DNA from: Tubiluchus corallicola | Taxonomy: Eukaryota; Animalia; Priapulida | DNA: 64,000 nucleotides | NCBI GenBank assembly: GCA_030141605.1 | Contig: JAQGDQ010000367.1 | Location: 62,001-126,000, forward strand | Direction of reading: 5' to 3' | In this document: one piece after another, positions 1-11,406 of the stretch | Numbering within the stretch: position 1 is the stretch's first letter | How the letters are laid out: each line of letters starts with the position of its first letter | The notes under the pieces: model-generated | Told to the model about the DNA's origin: nothing | The model's input: the letters and a program-made list of their open reading frames with translations, nothing else | Databases searched by the model: none | Translations under genes and position numbers: made by a program

Positions 1-371
1 ATGTCAAAGTCTTAAGATGCTTGTAGCATATGTCTGTAGTAGGAAGTAGGAAAATAGAAAATGTATCTTCGTATAAGGATATGCATCCAAAGCAAAGAAG
101 ACTATTAGAAAAAACTTCTATTGCAAATCAAAGATTTCATCATTTCAAACAATGTTATTATTGATTTTTCAATTGTCAGCTTTAATCTCTGGGACATATT
201 TGCTGCCCATGAAGGCATTAATTCGTTAAGGACAGTTAGCCTAACACAGTGTTTCGCTGGAACACATTGAAATCATAAACGAGGATTTACTGACTGTATA
301 TAAGCATGTATAAGTAATCGCACTAATAAACAACTAAGAAGCTTCCTTTCACTAAATTACAAGCAACTAAC

Positions 372-3300
372 CTGAGCCAGCCACACCAACCGTGGCAGCA
401 CCGGCCCCAATAAATTTAGCGGCAGAATCTATGTCTCGCTTGACAGCGCTTGTTTGGAATCCACGCATCTAGAAAAAGGCAAATTAAAACATTCATTGCG
501 GCCTGAATTTAGCATGGTTGAAAACAACTCCCTGTTACTTTGCTTATCAAATGTCTTTGCAATCAACAGTGGCGGCATGTCATAATTTTTTATGTAAGCC
601 GCACGGTAACTAGGTGCCAGATCATGTGCAATATATGCCCCATTACAAATGCTTGTGTTGCAAACGCAATTTTACAAAAGAAACAACAAAATCAGCTAAC
701 AAGCAGCACAAAATTTTGCAGCTGTACAAATGTACAGACCTATAGGCTTGTCACTAAAACACACATAAAACAGATCACTAAAGTTTAGGCTACAGATAAA
801 CACATGAAAATCTTGTCGCAAAAACACGTAAAAAACCAAAAATTATTCAACCTAATCACCTGACTAAGAAATGGAGAAATGGCTAACGAATCACCAAACT
901 GACCATTAAATCCCGTCAGTCCACTATATGTTCCTAAACTCTGAAATTCATAAATAAATTGCTAATTAATTTAGTCTGTAGAAGTAATACATCAGTTAAA
1001 TAAAAATACAAGGACAAAAAAATCAAAGTTGAGCAAGATATGCATCTGATAACCATGCCATAACTAGGTAATGTTAGAAATTTATGTTTAGTTTGTAAGG
1101 TACTAGTAAACAAAAGTTTAAGTACGAGAAAAAAGAATAAGATAAATTCGTAACAAAGTAGTTACCTGATCATTTCTAGAGGTTACTGCAGCTATTAAAG
1201 GTCGCGCTGCATTGGTCCTTGTAGACGAAATCTGAAACGACAACAAGGCTTTAGAAACAATAGACTAAGAGAGAAAAGCATTATTAATATGCAATGATAA
1301 TCAAATTACTTTTGCAAACCTGCAAAATTTCCACTAATTTGCAAAAATATTAAATTTTCAAAAAGATACTATTGTCAAAAGTTGTGCTGTATTTCTGAAA
1401 GTGAAAATAACAACCAAACTTATAGGTGTCTGTTAAATGCACATGCAAATATGACAAAAGTAAAAACTAACTCGGAAATTGAAACAGCTAAATTTTCATC
1501 AATTTCATTACTCATTTATTAATCAGTATCACCTTCTACTAAAAAATCTTACACAGTGTCATTGCCATACTTCATTGGAATAAACAAACAACTTAAGACA
1601 ACACAACTGATGTAAACAATAGGCCAGATTTACTGCCTTTGTAGATATAGTACAATTATTTAATAGATAGTCGAAAATTAAATTTTGTGAGAAAAATTGC
1701 AAAGTCTTGCAAATTGAGAATTCCAAAGCTATGCTACTATGTAAATAACAGTCAAGTAAATTTAAGATTTAAATATGGTTGTACTGTAGATCTAAACGAA
1801 AATGTAAAGTTAAAGGTTAAGAACTCATTTAAAGATTGTTTTAAGATACCTGTTATAGATTCTTTCAACACTATATACTGTAATATAATTACAAGGGTAC
1901 TGAAGTGAGTGGATATTATAAAATTGAATTTCTGTAGATATGTTACTTTACTAACATCCCATTACCTGTTTTACTAACATCTGTTGTCTTTGTAAGCTGT
2001 ATATTTTTATGCGAAATAAACTCATAATAATAATAATAATATAGCAGTAAAGCTGACACATTAATGACGTTAAACATTTACTAAATGAAATGATTTTGTT
2101 TAGATGATGCAGCTATAAGTACTTGTACATACAGTTCCATGTATTTACTATATACTATACTACAGACATACTATGTACTTACTATACGTACTTGCACGTA
2201 AATACTACATGAACTTGTACATATTTGCAGTAGTAGAAATTACAGTTTCCTGAATAAATTCATTACCTATGATTACCAATATAATGACTGCTGTTTTTAT
2301 TTTGATGATCTTAACTGTAAATGGCATAGTCTAGACACCACAAGTAAATTCACTAGAAGCTATCAGATTATGTGGTTCATTTATTTGCTTTGTTCCTTTA
2401 ATATACATTCAAGTTCCATATTTTGATAATGTAGCAGGTAAATTTACTTTAACTGAGAAAGCCACATATGGCATAGTTACCCCAAGCTTAAGAAGCCATT
2501 TGTCCAAGTCTCTTACATAATGTATAATAATTTTTCTATAGTGTTAATCTCGGCATTCCCGGGGTTAATATTAAATTTAAACTCATTGAAAGCAGAAAGT
2601 AAAAAAGCTAATCAATGGTTACTAATTATTTATTATTATTATTATCATCATTTATAAATTAAGCTATGACAACATTCTCAGCAATAAATAACAGTTGTCT
2701 AACTCTGCACTTCATTAAACATAACATAACATTAAACTTCAGCAAGAAGTGCTTATCTAGTAAATTAGAATTACAATACACATATTTGTAATAAATCTCA
2801 CTAATTTATTAGGCGCAATAATACATCAAGATACATAGTGAAAAATTATGTAAGCATGGTACTATGCAGTCTCTTCCTAAGATAAATTTTACAACTATTC
2901 CTTCAGAAGCAAAATGAAGGGAACTATATAGTGTTTACTTGTTTACAATTACTTAATTAGAATACATTAACTTAAACACACTACTGATACACTGATATGT
3001 ACTGACCTTCAAAATGACATAGCTTAATTTTAAATAACAACTAGTGGATTCAAACATAACTTCAATGTGCTCTTGCAGAGTCCCTAGCAACCACACTGTC
3101 GTTCCATTGCTAAGTGTTTTGAAGAAACGCGACAAAAAACAATGGCTGACTAACAGCAGCTTTCACAAGATTATGTTTTCACTGCATAGCCTGCACCTCA
3201 ACTTCAACATGGAACTACCTCAGCATAGAAATAACATAGAGCGAAGAGTTTGGTATCAAAATGATCCTCAAGAAATGGAGTTTCCCGGTGGGTGAATAAT

Positions 3301-3471
3301 TAGAAAATGTTAATTGCCGACTCATGGGCGATTCTTCGATGCAAGCACACATATATATATATATAAATTATTTGCAATTCATCAAAATGAACATAATATA
3401 ATAAAGAAAAAAGTTAATTCACTTACTAGTGCTTTTGAAGCAGATGAATTAATTAGTCTTGTGCAGTACAT
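372..3471 (-). CDS. ATP5MC: Mitochondrial ATP synthase F0 subunit c (proteolipid) precursor, 5' part; last exon(s) lie before position 1
   Basis: GT-AG coding exons 3471-3427 ([15 protein letters not shown]), 1231-1166 ([22 protein letters not shown]), 940-860 ([27 protein letters not shown]) and 468-372 ([33 protein letters not shown]) join in frame. RxFQTSAxxR|[22 protein letters not shown] is the hallmark presequence/mature junction of subunit c. Confidence 0.93.
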
Positions 3472-6400
3472 GATGCTCTTCGAAGTGACAAAATGCAGAA
3501 CGAAAGCTCCTGAAAAAAAACTTGGTTCGATTTTTTGCTTTCAATGATACTGCAATAAACAATACAAGGCACAGCTCGCTTGAAAGCAAGTGTGTAGGCA
3601 GTACGTAAAAATTCTACATACGTACATAAAACATTACTTTTGATTAACTGCATGAAACTTGTCAAAATATATTTTGGTTAACAGCAAAAATTGGGATTGG
3701 CTTCATTTATGTCAAATTACATGCCTACTGCACTTTATAAATTATAAGTAAAAACATTATTTTTCATATTAATTTTGGAGAGACAAAGTTTTACATAAAA
3801 CTAACTTTAGGCCTAAAGGAATGTTTGGTTTCAGGACAATTCGGTGGTGCAATTCTGCAAATGCAATCTTCTTTTTTTACCTCGTATTTTAAAAATACTG
3901 CATGGTCCAGATCACAGTACTTATAGGACAGAACACAAGAATAGGATACCAATTTGATGATTAATATTTCATCAAATTAGCATCCTATTCTTTTATTTTG
4001 GAGAAAACTCGTCAAAATTATTATAAATAATCCTTTGCCATAAAACCACCAAGGTTAGGATTTCTCATCTCCGACATTCCAACCTGCAGATGTCCATAAT
4101 AGGAAGATTTCACAAGAATTCAACTAGGAATTGTGAGCGAATCCAATAAGCGCCCTCGTAGGTGCAGGGCAATCACAGGCCTTTGATGTTGTTTTTACAT
4201 TCCACCGTTTTAGATGCCTATTTTAATACCAATGGTGCTTTTTAACTCCTTATAGAGTGCTCCCGTGATTTTTAGACAGTTAGGAAAGCCTTTCTGGAAT
4301 TTTTTCATGGAATGTGCAAAAAAGTTCTGAGACGAGAAAAATTGTCTTAATTAAAAGAAAACCGGAAGATTGCGTAAACATTGGTTCAGAATAAAGAATG
4401 CTCTAACATATTGAAAACTACAATAGTTTTTTAAATCAAAGCTTAGATTAAATAATAATTACCTCTGATACTTAAATTTTGCTAAACTTTCAAAGCTACG
4501 CAGGGCTCAGTGAATCTACTAAGATTAGCAATGGCACCTTTTCGCCACATGCACACGGTCAACAAATAGGTGGTACCGTGATAACCATGATCATGAACTG
4601 CGGTGTTAATTTCTGACGTCATAAGATGTAGAGCCCATTTTCGTGACATCACACGTTTTTTGAGCAGCAACACTTACACAAACGTGCTTGACATGCAAGG
4701 AAAGATGCCTGCCATTGCACAAACTGTGGATAGGATACCAATTTGATGATTAATATTGCATCAAATTAGCATCCAATATCTTTATTTCACCATATACTAT
4801 ACCAGCATAAAACGTAGAACATAGAACATAAGACGTAGTAATACAGAACTTAAAATTAAATACTAGTATCATATTTGGTCGGTACCAGACTACCAATGCA
4901 CTACACATAAGTAGTCACAGTTTCAGTCAACGAGCATTTTTTTTAAAATAAAATATGAGATTTATTAGAAGTAAGTCTATTAAGTTATAATAAAATTTTA
5001 CATAATAAATGTGATTTTTCAATAGCCAAAAATGATTTAAAACCATACTGCTTTTTAAATTTGTTGCAGTACTCCTAGCTACTGCTGAATATTTCTACAA
5101 ACGTTTTAGATTTATCAGTTTTAATGAGTAGGTGCATATTTTGCCCGTTCTTTTCGCAATAAATGTTGATGCAGATCTTGTAACTTGACACTTGTGCAGG
5201 AAAGAAGCAACAGCGTAATGGTGAAATGCTGAAAGTGTGCACGTAAGCTGTAAACAAACATGACTGCACCTTCAGGAAAATAGTGATTTAATCGGTTTAC
5301 CTTTTACATTTTAGACAAAAAAATGTAATGATTAGAATGAAACTTTCAGCTATTTTGAATCATATGTAAAATTGGAGAGAATTTAGAGTTAATTAAACAT
5401 ATAAAATAAACTTATAGACCCAATTAAGGACGAATGTACCTGTATTTTTCCTACCAATAAACCCATTCATTCAGAATACAGCAGCAATTTTATTTAAACT
5501 CAATTGTCATTTGTCAAGAGTTTATCAAGTCTTTATTCTTTGGTGCAGGCGGGTTTATCATTACTGCAGCCAAGTACAGTTGCACATCTCTGTTATGTGT
5601 TATATGTCCAGACAATTTTTTATGTCTAGCACCCTAGATGGGTCATGGCATTTCCATTTTGGACAAACCGAGTTCTGATTAATTGATTTCATCCAAAGTC
5701 AGTCAACCATTATGGTCAACTAACGGCTGGATCATAAGTTCACGTGACTGATGATTGCTAAATACAATAAGAGTAGGAATTTCCACACTTCAACATTTAT
5801 TTCTGCCATTTGATTAGCGTAGAAACAAAAACAATACATAGTCTGCTAGAAGTGAAAAAAACGTGCGTTGAAGCTTCAGTTTACTTTCGGAATGTATGCC
5901 GAAACAGGCAAATGTAGAAGCGTTGTTTCTGCCGTTGTTTTTCTAATCTTCAAAGTTTATCATTGGAAAAATAAAGTGGTATTTTAGTTTCCTTGTCAAC
6001 ACATTTTTAACAAGGTTGTCACGTTGCACATGCAGGAATTAAACTCGTTGCAACCGTATTTTGCGCAATGTTTATATTGAAGTGACACTTAATTGGTGGA
6101 AAATCTGGAGTAATATTTTAAAATCCGAAGGAATGTTACATTAAAATTAGAAGTTCCCCGGGACAGCTGGAGGTGGTAGCTACACCGCCGAATTTTGCTT
6201 AAAGAAGAACCAAATTAGCAAAGACCAGTAGTCAGTACTGTGATGAGTCTCCAATCTCGGACGACTGAGTCCGATTTTATGCATGCTTATGTCTAGATCC
6301 TAACCGCCTACACCTAGCACAAATGCAACTAACTTGCATTTATTAAATGCTAGTTATTTGTATTCCATGCTCTGTAGTTTAAGTCCATTTTACAAAAACC

Positions 6401-6639
6401 GACAGCGCTCACTGTAGCGTCAACGATGGCGGACATGTAATCACGCTTAATGGTGATCCACTGCACCTCTACTAATACAAATAATGAACGAAATACACGC
6501 ACGTTGAAAGAAATAATTACTCAACCAATAGCTTATCCACAGTACTTTGTTTACAACATAATAAAAGTGTCTGATGTTAAAATTTAGCGTTCAAAATTTT
6601 AAGATATTAAAAAATATACCGGTAAAACACAACACTTAC

Positions 6640-6850
6640 CAAGGGCAAGAAGGACTTAACTGCGCTTGCGCATGTACGTCATTTTTTCAAATAAATTATA
6701 AACTTTGAGAAATGTAATTAAAAACGCCCATTAAAATTATATGTTAAGTGTAAACAAGAGTTTTGAAAATTAAGTTTTATATAAAAGTTTCTGAGCGTCT
6801 GTAAATGAATTAGCAGTGAATAGAGAATTATCGATATTGTCTCAACACTA
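6640..6850. promoter_or_regulatory. Probable bidirectional promoter of ATP5MC (-) and JAZF1 (+), including a short non-coding first exon of ATP5MC
   Basis: Minus-strand donor G|GTAAGT at 6640/6639 preceded by a pyrimidine-rich CCTTCTTGCCCTTG. NRF1-like TGCGCTTGCGCA at 6661-6672. JAZF1 ATG lies about 200 nt away. The first ATP5MC coding exon has an upstream acceptor at 3510-3511, so it needs an upstream exon. Confidence 0.55.
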
Positions 6851-6881
6851 GATGTCAGCACCTGCCACTTCTATTTCTGTA

Positions 6882-9800
6882 ATGGCTGTGTTTTTGTTAA
6901 ATACTTGCAAATTTCATGGCTGTGATCAACTGTTTCCAAGTTTAGGCGAACTTATACAACACATTGAAGAATCTCATATAGGTACTGAGTCATATTCTTG
7001 TAATGTTTCTCCTTAATACATTGAAAAATCTCTTAATTATAGGTACTGACTCTTGTGACTTCACCCTTCTCTTTTCTCCCTCTTTCTCTCGCCCTCATTC
7101 TTTAATTTTTGTTGGTTGTTATGAATAAGAGTGTTTTTTTACAGATTATGATCCAAAAACTATTGAGAAAAATGAAATACAGCAACCTCCAGCTTTGCCT
7201 CTCAGCTACGTGTTACGGTATGAACTCTATTTATAAATAAGCCCGCTAGCTGTTTTTATTTTCTCTGTGATGAAAAAAATGAATTTGTGCATAAAAAGAT
7301 AACTTTTGATAATCTAGTGGACTAAATTGAATAAGCTTTTGTGGACTCGAGATTTATAAGTAAGGTCAGGTTAACCTAATTCCTTGACACTTGACTCTCA
7401 GGCAGGGGATGTGAATCATAAATCAACTTGAAATTTCATTAATATAGGTTTTATGCGGATGGCAGTCGAAAGGAAAATTTTGAGTATAAATCATCTGCGG
7501 ATCAAATGCGAACTGCCGACTGGTTGAAGAAGCAGAAAATAAGATCACAATCTCAAGGGATATCCTCTGTGAGAAGCAACTGCAATACGCCAACTGGTAT
7601 GCTGTTGCTTGAACATGTTAAAATAGGGAGCCCTACTATCATTTATGAATTTCACCATATTTATTATTATATTAAAATAGATAAATGTGAAAGTACAACC
7701 AATTTGTTGTCAATGTGAAATTATATCAATGCAATTTATTTTCCTGTGACGATTATTTGCAATAGTGAGATACATTCATTATAGGCGGTTAGATACATGT
7801 GTTAAGTAGTTTTCTAAGTTGTAACTTATGCAAGCACATTCTTGAAATACTATTTTGCATATGACCAAAACACTGGCCTGTGTAGTAGTGTTCTTAACTT
7901 CTTTGTTCTTGTGATGGAATACACTTGATTTTGTTAATGCAAGTACCTTAATTTTTTTAAAATAATAGATGGAACTTTTCTTTACATGGCACTGCTATTC
8001 TAGATTAATCTGTAAAAATACTATTGAACAATTATCTATGGCACATAATTACAAATTTGTGAGAACTTTAACAAAGCATTCTCAGCAACAAAATATTTTG
8101 GAACAGAAATTTTTCCTGTAATCTCTGCAAAATTTTTATGTGGTAGTTCGTTCCTGAAAAGTAACAATTTTGTGTTTCTGTTAAAGAAGTGAATTTGAAT
8201 TTGATGTAAGGTTGCATTACCAATTCAAGAGTTTTCTTGATATTTTGTGATTATTTCAGGAAGTGAACTGGATGAAGAGGATGTGGTTTCAGATTCTGAC
8301 AGTAATGACTCTTGGACGACACAGGAGGAGTTCAGTTCAGAGCTTATACTTAGGTACCTTAAATATATTTCTATTTATCTAATCTTCTTTGCTTTTCTGA
8401 TAAAAAAAGTGACAAAGAAAAATAGTAAAACAATATCAGTTAAGAATTATGATATATTGGGCAGATGCTAAGTTGTTTATTATAAGTTATATATTAAAAA
8501 ACGATTCAGATAACAAATATTTCAAAATTGGTCATGTATTTCTTTCTCAGTTATTAAAGTGACAATATTCAAATTCTTGTAAACTGTAAACCAAATTTTG
8601 ACGCCAAAGTCACAAGTCCAACCACAACAGCAAAAGTACTTTAGTAGCAGATAATAAAAACGTCAAAATTTATAACAGTTATTTTAGTAATATGGATGAA
8701 TAATTTTTTTTCAATTTTCTAAAATGCACTGGTTAACAAGACAGATGTTAATCAGAAATGTTATGTTGTCCAAAAACTGGCTGCATGCCCAATATTGTAG
8801 CCAAGCAAGTGTCCCAATAGAAAAACTAACCTTTTTCATGGAACAGGGAAAACCAACCATTATTAATATGACGAATTGTTGTACTTCATTATTCAAAAAA
8901 ACTTCAGTACGTCATCTCTTGATTCATATGCAACTTTGTAACACTTTTACATGTATAGCGCTTATATAACACTTTTGTGCACACATTTTGCTATGTGTAG
9001 AATTTAAACATTTTTTTACTATTATGACGGCGTGTAGGGGTGACCAATTCAATTCGAATGAGCTTTTTTTATTTCGAATTCAATTCAGACCTATAATTAA
9101 GGGCTTGAATGATTTGGCACTTCAACTACATACGTTTCTTTATCATTAAAACATTTGAAACATCATGCAACCAGCACAGTTTCACTGCGGTTTCTGTACC
9201 TAGCTGCAAGTCATTAGTTTTCCATGAAAGTGTTTCATTAATGCTTTACATTTTTTATTAATTATGCTTACTTTATAAACACAGTGAATCCAGGTAAGTT
9301 CTGCATTGTTTATTGTTTGCATGATTATTTGAACAGGAATATGTGCTGTTGGATTAGAATGAAGTAGATGAAAAAGATCAAATGTTCAAACACTTTTATT
9401 TCTGAATAAGAGATGATTATATCTGAATAGGAGTTGATTATATCTTATTTGCCTGTCTTTTCTATATTTGCATTTATTAGTAAATCAAATTGTCATTTTA
9501 TATATCAGAAAATATTTATGTATGTGCATTGTTTGGCAGTTCAAGCTGTCAGACTGAATGGAACAATCTAATGTTCAATACTGACACTTAGTTTTTTGTC
9601 TTTCCTTATTTAAGTGGTGACGTCTGTGTAGTTTATGTATTTCTTAAATATATTTTCAAATGGCTTTATTATATAGTATCATGCATGATCACTTATTTAT
9701 CTGTAATGTGTGCTTCTCTCACCTGTTTAACACTCCGTTAGCTTTGTTAAAACTAGACCGAGTTTGCAAAAACATGTTAGATCTATGTGCATGGAAGGTT

Positions 9801-11406
9801 TCTATCCTTAGCCATTGCTGAGTAAAATTTGACAATGATTACACAATGAATATTTATTGTTTACTGTTATCATGTGAAAAATTACATAAAGTGCATTGTA
9901 GAATCTAAAGCAGCTTGTTAATAATGATGCTGGCATTGCATCAGTACCAGTTGAACTGGTTGGCCATTACGAAGACAGAAGAGCCCACTTTTATCAGTTT
10001 GTCTTTTTGCATGAACTTAATCTTGTGGTTCAAGATAGGAACTAATATTTAGTGTGGACACCTTCAGTACTATATTACTAAATTAAGTTATATCTTTTAT
10101 GTTCATAGCTCAGTATTGCATGTAGTAGAAATTTTTTATTTGAGAAAACAGCTCTTGTTAGATTACAAAAAAATTCACGATAATGAAATTCACTATATTA
10201 GACTGTGCAAAACTTGATGAAAATGAAGCATCATAAAACTTCATTTCAATAATACTTACGATACAGACATCATGATTTATAATCTCGTGTAAAATTATAA
10301 ATTACTGATACATTACACTACAGGCATTAGTATGGTTTCTCAGATTGGGTCTGCAAACAATAAGTGTTTGGTGTTGACATGTTTAGTGTATCAGTAGTCA
10401 AGCCTTCATATAAATTTTGCTTTCTGTGCAACTGTACTAATAGTTTTAGCTATATTGCAATATAAACAATATTGTTTACCAATTATGCTTTGAAATTCTG
10501 AAAAATAAATAAACATAATTATTATGCTTTAACGTAATCTGCAGATCTTTGAATGTTCATGGGTACATGGGTGTTTTTTCTTTCAGAATGTTGAGTGTTA
10601 ATCAAGCTAAAGATGAAAAACCATACATGTGTCCTGTCCCAGGCTGTACTAAACGATATAAAAATGTTAATGGCATCAAGTATCATGCTAAGAATGGACA
10701 CAGAAGAGACCTTAGGTATGGTTTATTTTAATTCTAATTTTTGAAGCTACATGTATCAAGTATTGAGATGCATATAATAAAATCAAATCTTAAATAGAAT
10801 AATGATTAGGACCTGGTGGTAGGCATGAAGCTGTCATACACACTTACATCACACAAAAAATACACGTTTGTGAACTGTGTAACTTATTTCAGAGTGAAGA
10901 AAAACTTCAAATGCCATTGTGGAAAGAGTTACAAGACAGCTCAAAGTCTTCGCATACATGCCATTGCTCACCATGGCGGACAGTTTCCATCTAGCGTTAC
11001 AGCAACACTTCAGAATCTGGTCACAGCAAAAGTAGTTCCTGCGTCCTCCGCAAATGGCAGTGCCACACTTACAATTGGGAAACCGGGCTTGGTAACACTC
11101 ACTGCCAACCCCATGCTTCCTGTAGCATCGTCCGGTAGCAGTGACGTGGTCAATATGTCTTCCATTGCCAGCATAGTTAGTTCTCTTCAAGCACGGTCAT
11201 CGTCTCTTTCAACGATTCAGCCTATTGTGGCATCGGTGCCTACCCCCAGCTCACAGTACCAATCCTTAAGCAGTATTATGGCCCAACCTGCTCCAAATAA
11301 AACAGTCAGTTCAATTACGCCAGCAGTCATTACATCTATACCACTGAATTCTCCTGTTTCTCCTTCTACAATATTTCCTAATGCAGCTAGTCAGCAAGAG
11401 CAGTAA
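6882..11406 (+). CDS. JAZF1: Juxtaposed with another zinc finger protein 1 (three C2H2 fingers; NuA4/TIP60-associated)
   Basis: Exons 6882-6981 (an in-frame upstream ATG exists at 6852), 7145-7217, 7448-7596, 8260-8353, 10587-10715, 10893-11406, all GT-AG and phase-compatible. Motifs NTCKFHGC...HIEESHIDYDP, PTGSELDEE...SDSNDSWTT, EKPYMCPVPGCTKRYKNVNGIKYHAKNGH and KNFKCHCGKSYKTAQSLR match JAZF1. Confidence 0.96.
9285..9293 (+). CDS. JAZF1: Candidate 9-nt alternative microexon of JAZF1 (inserts Ser-Glu-Ser)
   Basis: ACAG|TGAATCCAG|GTAAGT with a perfect donor; preserves frame in the phase-2 intron 4 and adds no stop. Confidence 0.6.

Noticed and set aside
550-640. H/ACA snoRNA in an ATP5MC intron (hairpin followed by ACA on the minus strand)
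   Set aside because: Only one convincing hairpin and no clear H box or second hairpin; it would need an Rfam scan.
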